Made by a program: the position numbers and the translations under genes. This document shows, one piece after another, positions 25,601 through 36,526 of a stretch of DNA of 64,000 nucleotides; within the stretch, counting starts at the first letter, position 1, and every line of letters starts with the position of its first letter. Location of the stretch: positions 3,158,158 through 3,222,157 of the forward strand of contig CAJINV010000013.1 in assembly GCA_905178155.1 (NCBI GenBank). The letters run 5' to 3'. A model generated the notes under the pieces. It saw only the letters and a program-made list of their open reading frames with translations, did no database searches and was not told the origin of the DNA. This DNA is from Amoebophrya sp. A120 (taxonomy: Eukaryota > Protista > Dinoflagellata).

Positions 25601-28600
25601 CCTGTCAGCTTCGTGGAGCAGGGCACTAGGGCTCAAGGACTTGGCATGGCTTGGGCGCGCAGTGACGCCGGTATTGCTATTTATTACCTAGGGCACGGCT
25701 AGGATGGAGCCAGGAGTAGCGTGGTATGGCAGTGCCCGCGCGCACGATATGGCTAGGAGGCAAGGAAGCGCAGGGCTTTTTTACTCTCTACGTAGAGTTG
25801 TTTGTGTCTTACCTCTCCACCCTCACTAGGTCGGACTCGGAAGCACTGTTGGTGCTGGCTAGGATGGGCTTATAACTCTCCCTCCGTGCGGGCTTTGGGT
25901 GCACAGACGGGGAAAGCGAGGAGTTCGCAGGAAAGCGAGAAGTGGGCTTGGCCCATTCTCTCAGCAGCATAAGTGGCGGATGTTGACAGGGGTTACGAAC
26001 GTACTGAAAGGAATGGCTCTGATGACTTGGCTGGCGGAGCGTTTTATCTCTGGCGTGGTGTGACGCCACACGGATTGGCATCGGCATAGGACAGGGCTCG
26101 CAAGGCAACGTAGGAAAAGACGAGACTCGAATAGCTTCGCCCGCTCGGTTTGACATCGCAAACTTGCGCTAGAAGGAGCAATTTTCACAGAGTTCACAGT
26201 CTGGGGCGGGGAAGCAGCGCACGGGGCAGCGCGACGGTACTTGGCATCAACTGCAAACAGCAGCTGATCTGGAAGCGATTGACACCGCGACCCGAGCGCA
26301 CGACGCGCGGGGCGGTAAATCATGCCTGGCAGGGGACACACCTCGGGCAGATTCCGCGTGAACATGCATGCGCGCCGCCACCTGCACCCGCTAGGGGGAC
26401 GGCGCATACTTGCATCAGGCCGAGCCCTCTTTTGAAAGAAGATAGAAGTCGAACGCCTCAGCTCCATGCCCGATCGCTCTAGTTACTTAGCAGGCGCTTG
26501 GATCTCCGCCCTAGGCTTGAAATATTGACTTGATTACGTTCTTAAATTGGCTGCGCTAGTGGCCCGCACTTGAATCATCGAGCCGTGGATCGTTTTACGC
26601 CGTAGATTGCCGGAGAGCGGAAAACAGCCGCGGTAGGCGCGTAGGCCGCTCAACATGATAAAAGTCTCACACATCGCATGCCCTCGGCCATGCGCATCCT
26701 ATTTCCAAACAGCGACCACCTATTTCCGTCTCGCCCATGCAGACATCACTCAGAGCGTTGGTTTTCAGCGCGCCTCTGTTGTCATCTTCATCCATTAGTT
26801 TAGATCTATGATCGCCGCCAACGCTTTTACTTTTCAGCCGGGCGATGGCTCGCAAATTTGCCGCCTAAAAGGCTGCCGATTTTTTTCTAATATTGTGGGG
26901 CCCACATTGTTCCGGCTTGTGGCCCCCCTTGTTTCTTTTCGTCGTGGCCCCGTGAGTCTGGGGCCCCAAGGGTTCTAGAGGTAGTCCGGGCAAGGGTTTT
27001 TTCGCCCGTAGTTTTCGTAGGTTTTGGAAATTGGGGCGCTGGGGATTTTTTTTAATTTTTTTGGCGAAGATTTCCCGCCCCGGTGTCTGCAGGGCCCGTG
27101 GCGCATCGGGGCCCGGGGTTTCCAAGGTTTGCGCCCCTGCGATCTTAGTTTTTGCCCCAGAGGAAAAGCAGCGCGTGCGTTTTCCATTTGTCTCGGGCCG
27201 CATATCAATGGCCCCGGCCCGCCCGGCCGAGGTTCATGAGGGGCGCAGAAGTTGGATTGGGGGGGGTCTAATTTGGGCTCTAATTTCGCGTCTAATTTGT
27301 TTCTAATTCCAGCATAGGGAATGCGGAAGGGTTTGCAATGAAAAAAATTAGCCGTGATTTAGCCAGGAATTTAGGCGCGAAGTTAGTCGCCTGCCTTAGC
27401 ATCGATTTAGGCAAGGAATTAGCCGGGGGCAAGAGGCGCCCCGCCCGGTCTGCTTCCGGCCAGGCGGCTGTTGTTGATCATTTCGCCGGGTGGCTTCCCG
27501 GTTTTTTGTGTGGGCGAATTGCCGCCCCCCCTAATCTTGCACATCGCGCCGGGCCTCCCCTCGGGGTCGCCTCCCTTCTCGGCCATTTTCTCTCTGGATG
27601 GGAAGAGCCCCAGGGCGCTAGGTATTTGGCCGCGAAGTTCTTGGCCCCGTTCGTTTTTGTTGTCCCGCCCCCCCTGATTTTTGCCCGGTGGCCTTCGGGT
27701 TGGGTGTTGTCTTTGCTGGCATTGCCGCCACTTTCTTTTTTTGTTTTCCTTCGCGACATTAGAAAAAATATAGCAAGTTTTAAGCCTTGGAGAATGCCCG
27801 GGGCCGGCTGCCTGATACTTTTTTCCTCCAGTAAGCTGTCTTTTTTTCCTGCTGCGCTTTTATTTTCTAGTTTCTTGAAGACATTGAGATACTTAGCCGC
27901 CACGCACACGATGTCGAAGGAGGATCATGGTTCGGGCGAGCGCGGCCGATTTGCGCCAATTCGCCGGGATGTCATTTACCACCGGCGCACGGGTGCGCAG
28001 AAGGAGCACAGGGAGCCGAACGCTAGGGGAGTTGCGGCGGAGTACATTTGGGCCGGGGATTCGAAGGCCGCCAGTGGCCACNNNNNNNNNNNNNNNNNNN
28101 NNNNNNNNNNNNNNNNNNNNNNNNNNNNNNNNNNNNNNNNNNNNNNNNNNNNNNNNNNNNNNNNNNNNNNNNNNNNNNNNNNNNNNNNNNNNNNNNNNNN
28201 NNNNNNNNNNNNNNNNNNNNNNNNNNNNNNNNNNNNNNNNNNNNNNNNNNNNNNNNNNNNNNNNNNNNNNNNNNNNNNNNNNNNNNNNNNNNNNNNNNNN
28301 NNNNNNNNNNNNNNNNNNNNNNNNNNNNNNNNNNNNNNNNNNNNNNNNNNNNNNNNNNNNNNNNNNNNNNNNNNNNNNNNNNNNNNNNNNNNNNNNNNNN
28401 NNNNNNNNNNNNNNNNNNNNNNNNNNNNNNNNNNNNNNNNNNNNNNNNNNNNNNNNNNNNNNNNNNNNNNNNNNNNNNNNNNNNNNNNTACTTTTTTCCT
28501 CCAGTAAGCTGTCTTTTTTTCCTGCTGCGCTTTTATTTTCTAGTTTCTTGAAGACATTGAGATACTTAGCCGCCACGCACACGATGTCGAAGGAGGATCA

Positions 28601-31600
28601 TGGTTCGGGCGAGCGCGGCCGATTTGCGCCAATTCGCCGGGATGTCATTTACCACCGGCGCACGGGTGCGCAGAAGGAGCACAGGGAGCCGAACGCTAGG
28701 GGAGTTGCGGCGGAGTACATTTGGGCCGGGGATTCGAAGGCCGCCAGTGGCCACATTGTGTCGTGGTTTTTCACCTCGCAGGAGCCGAAGCGCCAGAAGG
28801 AAAGCGAGCGCCATCGTGTTCGCCTGGCGACTGGGGGCTGGTGGCTGATTTCGTGGCATCGGGCGAAATTTTTTCTGGACGAAGTCGTGGGCATCTCGGA
28901 AGACTATACGAACGCCATCGACGTCGCATTTTCTGCGGTGCGGCCAGATGTCGCGCTGCTTCCGACGTCATCACTGCACTGGTCATAGATCTTGGCAGCC
29001 TTAGGGTCGACGTGTCCGATTGGTTTTTTTTTTAGAAGTCCTGCCGACAGGTCTCTTTGTGAAATAGTCATAATGTATATGAATGATAGAAGATTGTGAG
29101 CGGCTTTTTACCGGAGTAGCTGCCGCCGTATTTGTTCCGGCCGATTTCGAAGATGTTCGCCATGGTTATAGCCTGATGGGCCCCAGCCTGCTCCCGCGTT
29201 TGCTTCCTTCCCTGCGCAGTCTTGTTGGTTTGCAGATATCTTGGCAACTTGAAGATCTAAGCCTATGACTTTTGATGTGAAGACTCACATGCGGGGGGCC
29301 CTTGCCCCCCCCCGCGCCCCCCCCCGCCCTTTCGATGTGATGACATTGCGCCTCAATCTGTATGCCTGATTTTTATTTTTGAGATGAAGACTGACATGCG
29401 GGGGGCCCTCGCCCCCCCCCGCGCCCCCCCCGCCCTTTCGATATGATGATATTGCGCCCCGATCTGTATGAGTAGTTTTTAATTCTAAGACTATAACTTC
29501 AAGATCTAAAGTTATGACCATGCGGGGGGCCCTCGCCCCCCCCCGCCCTTTCGATGTGATGATATTGCGCCTCAATCTGTATGAATGATTTTTATTTTTA
29601 AGAGTCTGCGCCCCGATCTGTATGAGTAATTTTTAAGTCTAAGACTGTAACTTCAAGATCTAAATTTATGGCCATGCGGGGGGCCCTCGCCCCCCCCCCC
29701 GCGCCCCCCCCGCCCTTTCGATGTGATGACATTGCGCCTCAATCTGTATGAATGATTTTTATTTTGAAGATGAAGACTTACATGCGGGGGGCCCTCGCCC
29801 CCCCCCCCGCGCCCCCCCCGCCCGGTCGATATGAGGATATTGCGCCCCGATCTGTATGGGTAGTTTCTAGATCTAAGATTATAACTTCAAGATCTAAATT
29901 TATGACTGATGAGATGAAGACTCACATCTTGATGAAGGCGCGCCGATTCAATTATGAAGATTGAGACTATGACTCTGAGAAGATTATGACTTTACTTCTA
30001 AGATAGGATAAGATGACGACTTTGATGATTCCAAGATGAGATAAGAAATTGTGACTTTTGAGATGATTCGATTATGATTTGAGATTAAGACTTGAGATTC
30101 GAATCTTTTGAATGTGAGACTATGTTATGAAGATATCTGAATTTAAATAGTGAATTGAGCTCAAGTTGTGAATTGAACTCAAATGGTGAACTGAACCCAA
30201 ATGGTGGACCGAACTCAAAAGATGCACTGAACTCTTGAACTCTTGAACATTTTGAATTTCTCGCAAGTCTTGCAAAGATCTTGTAGATATGACTATCAAT
30301 ATGACAAGCATGGCAGTGCTCTAGTTCATGGACATTCATCTCGTGGCATCGACCGAATGGCGGAGGAGTCGCCCTTTTTGGCAGGACGCTATTGGGGTAC
30401 GGCTGGGGGGCGGCACTGTGCCGCCAGAAATGGATAGATTGGGCCGAGGATTTGGTTGACATCAGTATGGCTGAGGCCGAGCCGGTAGGTTTTTAGGAAT
30501 CTAAGTCTGGGGCATGGGACCCGGGGCCCCAGACCGATTGCGAGGTTGGCGCTGATGGAGGTAGAGGCTGCGCCCTTGCTAGCAATGTATGGAGGAAGCA
30601 CAAGGGGGAATTCATGGGGGGCTACGGTCTGCATCTCCGGGCATGGTTTGTTTTCCTAGCTTCGGCCAACCTTGTGCAGCGGCGTTTTTCTCTTCCTCAG
30701 GACACTGCCCGGCACAGGTCTTTCGGGGAATTTCTTACTTACCTACCTGCCTCATTTGGGGCAGGGGATGTTGGTGCACTTTTCGCAGGCGCCAGCGCAT
30801 AGCTTGTTGGCCGGTTTCACACGCTGGCGGGGGTTTTTCCACTATAGGTTTCGGCTCGAGGCTGGCTTGAATTCACAATGATTGCGCCCTGCACTGCAGG
30901 TGGCTGAGGTTGGGCTCCGGGTCTGATCTAGAGGTGGTTACCGTCCACCCACCCCCTTTCTTCTCGAGAGTTGTGTCGGATGGACAGTGCAACGAGCGTG
31001 GGGGTGGCGCTGCTCGTTCCTTCGGGCTGTGCAATAGGGGTTTCCCTTCACTCATATTAGCTTCATTTCCGTGTTGGGCATTCGGGCCCAACGCAAGTCG
31101 AAGGGGTGGCTTCTACCCGGGAATTTCATTCTTTGTTCAGGTGTCTCACGTAGGCAGAAGGTAAGTAGGATCAGTCTGGGTTTGACAGCCAGCCGGCCGG
31201 ACTGTAGGCTTGGTGCTCGCTGGATCAGTGCATGGAGGGAAGCTTCCGAGCTCTCCCCCGGACTCGGCATGGGTGTCGATGCTCAACATTGCAGGGTGGG
31301 GCCCATTTCACTGCAGGCGCGGGGCAGCTGTCTCGCTCAGCGAGTTAGTGTTAATCTCCTTGCGGATAGGGTTTTTCGCTGCCTCACTCCTTTTTACGGG
31401 CTGTAGCTACATAGGAAATTGCTCTCTTCGAGAAGCTTGTACGTTTGGGGCCACACGCTGGCCCCAGGGTGTGCCGACTACCCCAGCTCGGGGTAGCGGG
31501 GGGGATGCAGTTTACTACGGGATGGTCGGTTCGGTGCTGCCTGCGGTGCTACGCAGTTTTTGGCAGGTTTTGCCATGAGATGGCTGTGCGCTGGGCGGTC

Positions 31601-32741
31601 TGGTAGTCCCTGCTTTCGGCGGCGGCACTAAAAATGTGGCTTGGGCAATGGTTTCGGATTCTGGCACTAAGCCCAGGGCGCTTGGGCGGCTTTTTGGTTG
31701 GGCGCTGCGCCTACTAGCTTTTTTTCTCGACATTCCAAATGGTACTACATCAGGCTGCAGTTGTTGTAATTGAACTACAAAAATTTTCGATGCTGCTCTC
31801 GCTTGTTAGCTTCCTCTGTGTACGTGTGGACATCAACATGTGTAAAAGAAAAGCTTACCTTAGTTTGAACCAACTTTCCCCCCCCCAGGTCGCGGCCTGG
31901 ACTTCAAGGGTCCCCCGTGCCAACACTACACGATTATTTTCAACGCGTTCGTGATGATGCAGCTTTTCAACTGGATCAACTGCCGGAAGATTTACCACGA
32001 GTTCAACGTTTTCAGCGGTATCCAGGACAACAAAACCTTCATCGGGATTTGGCTGATCTGCTTCACGATCCAGTGCCTCCTCGTGGAGGGCGGCGCCATC
32101 GGCAAGTCCGGCATCGACCTCGCCTGCGACGCCCACAACCGGGCGTTCTCCGCAACGCACCTCTCGGGGTCCCAGTGGGTGCTCTGCCTCGTCTGCGGGG
32201 TCTTCTCCCTGGCCTGGCAGTGGGTTTTGATCTTGATCGCGCGGAAGTTCTTCCCAGATATGGAAAAGATCGACGTGTACGTATCCTGAGTAAAAACGTC
32301 CCCACCCCATAGTCAAGATGGGAAATCTGCTACATAAATCGCTAAGCTATGGCTGTCGCGCATGACAAATTTGTTCGGCTCGCAATGTAGTTGTGTTTAG
32401 CTAGTGCAGCAGCATAACAGAGTCAGTCTGTCAAGCTGAGTCGAGCATGACAAATCTCAAACCACCACTAGAAAACGCCTCTCATGGGTCTCCGCATGGG
32501 AAACATTTCAAGCATGCAGATTTGCATGATAGTTCTGGGATGGGGACGTTTTTACACAGGATAGCACGCACTAGCCGGGCACTGGGAAGACGGGGAGGAG
32601 GAGAAGGAGGGGGACGAGAAAAACGACGAAAAGCTGTTTGAGTCCCAGCATAACAAAATCCCCGCGAACAACTCCGATGCGAAGTACACCAAAGGCGTGC
32701 ACCCCAACACGCTCGCGACCGAGATGGAGTCGCCGGTGTAA
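16643..32741 (+). CDS. PMCA: Plasma-membrane-type Ca2+-transporting P2B ATPase (PMCA), 11 exons, with a ~10.6-kb expanded intron 21268-31888
   Basis: [64 protein letters not shown]. Inferred introns: introner 16961-17265, 17322-17486, 17856-18005, ~18091-18321, 18504-18651, introner 18743-19004, 19759-19942, 20776-20944, 21268-31888, introner 32282-32563. Stop at 32739-32741. Confidence 0.92.
16961..17265. mobile_element. Introner, 305 bp
   Basis: TIRs tattacagtgaaaaatgcccccacccc / ggggtggggggcacttttcactgtaata; TSD accca (16956-16960, 17266-17270); removal gives [11 protein letters not shown]. Confidence 0.92.
18743..19004. mobile_element. Introner, 262-bp family, copy 1 (inverted relative to copies 2 and 3)
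   Basis: TIR core aaaatgtctgggtctggaa; TSD ccgca (18738-18742, 19005-19009); removal gives [13 protein letters not shown]. Confidence 0.95.
21473..21724. repeat. Two-copy tandem repeat (~135-bp period)
   Basis: caagtga..ttttcaagcggcctgctgccgcg...ctcaaaagtag at ~21473-21591 and ~21609-21724. Confidence 0.85.
23041..23320. repeat. 99-bp tandem repeat, ~2.8 copies
   Basis: Unit gcgttctaatgaatggtagctcatgtgctcagagtgcaccgcagtgccattccgccactg... at 23041, 23140 and ~23239. Confidence 0.92.
24710..25245. repeat. Diverged ~190-bp direct repeat pair
   Basis: ctgttccccgg..ggtatc..tttctac.ttttgcggctcgccacgag...ttttccgtgtcggctag.ggccgtgtccg at ~24710-24897 and ~25061-25245. Confidence 0.8.
28082..28489. 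other. Assembly gap (N run) with overlapping flanks
   Basis: 28490-28754 repeats 27817-28081, typical of unmerged overlapping contig ends. Confidence 0.9.
29286..29910. repeat. Compound minisatellite with G/C homopolymer runs, 5 cores
   Basis: Recurrent catgcggggggccctcgcccccccc(gcgccccccc)gccctttcgatgtgatga.attgcgcc.c.atctgtatg with two alternating AT-rich spacers; decays into gatga/atgact low complexity to ~30300. Confidence 0.88.
32282..32563. mobile_element. Introner, 282 bp
   Basis: TIRs tatcctgagtaaaaacgtccccacccca / tgggatggggacgtttttacacaggata; TSD gtacg (32277-32281) vs gcacg (32564-32568), one mismatch; removal opens the acidic C-terminal tail of PMCA. Confidence 0.88.
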
Positions 32742-33949
32742 TTAGAGTTTTTACATCTGAATGAGTGAATGATTTACCCAACTGACGGGGTTACTAGAGG
32801 GAGCTGCTGAGTTTTTATTTCGCTCCTGCGTCGACATCATCTATAAAAGATATACTTAAAAACACAAGATAGATTTAGAGCACGACCTTGGTGAAAATTA
32901 CTTTACTGTTACAACTCTATATGAATTTGGAGAGAGAGAACCACGACGAGCTTGGTGACAAAGTTGCAATATGGTTGCTACCAAGCATGAACCCGTATAA
33001 GCTAAGATTTGGCAAACAAGGTATAGAAAAAATAGACGTAAGAATAATAGCACCGTGTTTACCCTGAAAGAATAATTGGTACGAAGATTTTTGTGAAATA
33101 GAGATCTCCTAAACGTACTGTGAATAGGACTGCATGTAAAGAAGCTCATAATGACCCTCACGACCCTCCCATGTCTATCCCTATTCGTGTCTACCAACAC
33201 CAACTCTACTCATTTGCTCCTACTTAGTGCCCCGTTGTTTCTTTCGAAATTTTTTGGGCTGCCCAAGACAGGAACACTAACATATGTTGCATAGTATCTG
33301 AATCACGACAACTAATGTGCACTACGTACTAGCAGGTCGTGAAAGGTGCATCACCATCATGAGAAGGACGTGAACGGGGTGAGAGGACCCACACGGAACT
33401 AAAAGGAAGAAGTGATGTTTAGAGCTTGGAATAAGTACCTGTACCCCCCCTCGAAGAGGACATGGACACTGAGAAAGCCACCTTTTTGATGGACACTTCG
33501 TGTTCGACAATTGATGGAGACAACGCAGGGTCGAGAGGGGTGAAAACTTCATGTCTTTTGTTTTTTTCGTGAAGATGAACGTCGAAGTTGGTACAAATAG
33601 CTCGACGAGACCACTGCTCTGAACTCAAAAAATGATGAACGTACAACTATCGGATGAATTGCTTAGAACTCGACACATCGGAATTTCGGATCTGAAATCT
33701 CGAAATCGATCGGTGGCACAATGAACTCAAATCGATCGGCGGGGGGACAGATAGAGATGTTTTTTCGATGTACCAAAATTTATGTTCTATTTGATTTCCT
33801 CTATCAGCTTCCCCTAGCAGTCCTCCCCTATGCTAGCTAGATTGTGATGACATCTTTTTAAGTTCGCCCCTCAATAGTCTTTTGTGACAGTGTTAGTGTA
33901 AGTAAGAAGTGTTTAATATTTCTGATATCGAGCGTGCGACCAAAAGAAA

Positions 33950-35398
33950 ATGTTGCATCAGCCGGTAGGTCAGAAGCGATTGACGAACACCGCCATCGTA
34001 CGGTTGAAGACGCACGGGTGCAAATTCGAAATCGCCTGCTTTAAGAACAAAGTGGGGAATTGGCGGGATGGATTGGAGAAGGACATTGATGAAGTACTCA
34101 CTTCCACGCGAATCTTTTCGAACGTTTCGCAGGGCGTGCTTGCGAAGTCCGAAGACCTTCAGAAAGCCTTCGGATCCACCGCCTCGGAGCTGGACATCTG
34201 CAAGCGGATTCTGGAAAAGGGAGAATTCCAAGTAAGCGATAAGGAGCGCGCACAGGCGTTGGAAAGCTTGTACAAAGAGACCTACACGATTATCACGCGG
34301 CGATGCGTGAATCCCGACACGAAGCGGCCACTCACGATGGGGATGGCCGAGGCCGCCGTCAAGCAGGCGGGCTACGTGATGAAGCCGAACCTTGGCGCGA
34401 AACGTCAGGCCCTGAAGGCTATTGCGAAAATTTGCACGGAGCTGCCCAATCTGGTGGCGAAAGCACAAATGCGCATTTGCGCTCGGTGTCCAGCCGAAGC
34501 GGTGACGGAAACCCGTCGTCGCATCGACGAGATTTGCGGAGGAGAGGGGATTACGGTAGAAGAGGAGAAAGTCGTCGACGGTGGCGACTTTTGCGAGATC
34601 GTTTTTCAGTGTGACCCTTTTTTCTTCCGCGACCTCGACAAAGCGATGGAGGTTCGATTGTTGGACGCGACCGTGATCCGAGATAACGAAAGCAATCTAG
34701 ACGACTACGAGCAACAACTGCAAGGCGGCAAGCAGCTCTTGTACGGTGACTTGGATCATGACCTAGGCGACGACGAAGTCGAGCAGGTTGGACGCTTTCC
34801 TCCCTCTTCTGTCGCGACGTCTTGTGCTCCTCTCACGAAGGACAAGCTACAAGGCTATCGGCCCGGTCAAGTGTATGTGCCGAGCAAACTACCCGAGCAG
34901 GACCAGAGCAAAAACATGAAGCCCACGCAGCTGAAGACGGATTCGTACACCCCTTCATCATTACCATTCCGAGCGGCCGACCCTTTCGCGAGTCCACAAA
35001 GCAGCGATGGGGGTAGTTCGTACCACTTGTTGCAGGGCACAACTCCCAATAGCCACGCGGACTGGCTGCTAGTTCCAGATCCGGACGCGGCGACGGTACA
35101 GACCGAAGTGCGCGGCGGAGCTGCTCCTTCTGTTTTGGCACGGGGTCCCGTGGAGCAAAATCACACAGAGCCCTTGCAAACCTCCGCTTCCTGCACGACT
35201 TGTGGGCCCTACGAAGACGACAGCCTGCGGGCACACATGAAGAGCGCACTGCATCAAGAGAATGTGCGGCGGAGATGCAACGGACAACCGGTTCTGACTC
35301 AGCAAGAATACAAAGAGTATCTCCTGGACATGGAGTTTTTGAACCAGCGCACCACCGGAGGGCGAGAGAAAAAAGGAAAAAAGAACCGCAAGGATTAG
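33950..35398 (+). CDS. SBDS: Ribosome maturation factor SBDS/Sdo1 with C-terminal C2H2-type zinc finger
   Basis: QPVGQKRLTNTAIVRLK..GCKFEIACFKNKV, DIDEVL, ILEKGEFQVS, VNPDTKRP, AKRQAL; C-terminal CTTC...HMKSALH; single exon. Confidence 0.95.
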   Translation: MLHQPVGQKRLTNTAIVRLKTHGCKFEIACFKNKVGNWRDGLEKDIDEVLTSTRIFSNVSQGVLAKSEDLQKAFGSTASELDICKRILEKGEFQVSDKERAQALESLYKETYTIITRRCVNPDTKRPLTMGMAEAAVKQAGYVMKPNLGAKRQALKAIAKICTELPNLVAKAQMRICARCPAEAVTETRRRIDEICGGEGITVEEEKVVDGGDFCEIVFQCDPFFFRDLDKAMEVRLLDATVIRDNESNLDDYEQQLQGGKQLLYGDLDHDLGDDEVEQVGRFPPSSVATSCAPLTKDKLQGYRPGQVYVPSKLPEQDQSKNMKPTQLKTDSYTPSSLPFRAADPFASPQSSDGGSSYHLLQGTTPNSHADWLLVPDPDAATVQTEVRGGAAPSVLARGPVEQNHTEPLQTSASCTTCGPYEDDSLRAHMKSALHQENVRRRCNGQPVLTQQEYKEYLLDMEFLNQRTTGGREKKGKKNRKD

Positions 35399-36526
35399 AA
35401 CGACAAGTAATAAACGGGCCACATTTAGACCCATGATAGATCCTGTTAGTGGGAAGACGGAAGACCTCCGGTCGTCCCAGGCAGATCGAATAATATTTGT
35501 CAAAAATACAACCCGAACAGCCTCAGCCTAGATCTAGAACGCGCGACCCACTTCTAAGTGCATCGACAGTCCCGACTTCTGAAGTCTTAATTGTGTGTTA
35601 GTGTTTCCACTCTTCCACCAAAAAGAAGTAAAGCACCTACTCGTTAGTCCTCACGTCAACAGGCGGGGTGATGAATCCATACGAATTGTTCGGCTTTCGG
35701 GACCAACAGACTTGCCATAATCTCCGGAGTGGCTCCTGCCGCGAAGCGCTGAAAGAGGGTTTTTCGAATTTGGCTCGGTAATACTGATATCAGGCAACGG
35801 AGTATCTCCACTAAAGTTTCCAAACAGCCTTCTAAGTTGTACTTATGTGCTAGGGAGAGCTGCTGCATCTTCCCTCCTTCCAGAGCATGTTGAGATATCA
35901 TCGATGACGAGGTAGAATTAAAGAAAAGCAGTGGGAGGCGACATACTTCAGTCTCTCTCGGCTTGTTGTAGCTGCACAAATGAGGCTGTGTGAGAGAGGA
36001 GTTCTCTGTGTTTGGAGGTTTCTTTACAAGAAAGCTTGTGTCTTGGTGAGAGTGAAAATAGGTCCCTGAAAAGGGTTGGACTACTACAGCCAGAGAAATC
36101 AAAAATATGATCGGTGCAGCTCTACGAATCTAAATGCTACACATTAAGATACTTTGATGACTTCACGACCGGCGGCCTGACCTTGGTTTTTTATGGAGGC
36201 AGACACGGTCGGGCGTTTGCGTTTGATGCCGTCTGAAAACTCAAAAGGATAACCAATGGTCGGATGCCATAATGATTTTCGGTCGCATTCGAAAGAATCA
36301 ATGCACGAGCATCCTCCACCGCTGCAGACGTAATGAGCGCACAAGCAAATGAAGAAAGAAGTCTACTTCTGCCTATCATCTTCGCACAGGACCAAGTAAA
36401 AATTACCAATCGCAATCTTTCCAGAAAGAACCACTTCTGACGCCAACCCATTAAAGATCTCGAAGAGCAGAAAGAACAAACTGCTCCCAGTGCCATCTTC
36501 TTCTTCCCTCCAGCCCGAGTTGTACT

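Larger units (their letters stand above)
21249..31774. mobile_element. Compound insertion of three modules (21301-22804, 22828-25251, 25298-31722) delimited by copies of the target site
   Basis: Identical 52-bp tttctcgacattccaaatggtactacatcaggctgcagttgttgtaattgaa at 21249-21300 and 31723-31774; partial copies at 22805-22827 (23 bp) and 25252-25297 (46 bp). Deleting the insert plus one copy restores a normal 147-nt GT-AG intron. Confidence 0.85.

Noticed and set aside
27817-28754. 265-bp direct repeat flanking the N run
   Set aside because: An apparently identical copy on either side of a scaffold gap is most simply an unmerged contig overlap, not an LTR or real duplication.
21301-31722. Apparent excess of CTAG in the insertion as a RIP/methylation signature
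   Set aside because: CTAG is also common in ordinary intergenic DNA here, and I cannot quantify the enrichment by eye.
21249-31774. CRISPR array or LTR retrotransposon interpretation of the repeated 23-52-bp sequence
   Set aside because: The repeats are host exon/intron sequence of unequal length, the spacers are kb-sized, and there are no cas, gag or pol ORFs and no TG...CA LTRs.
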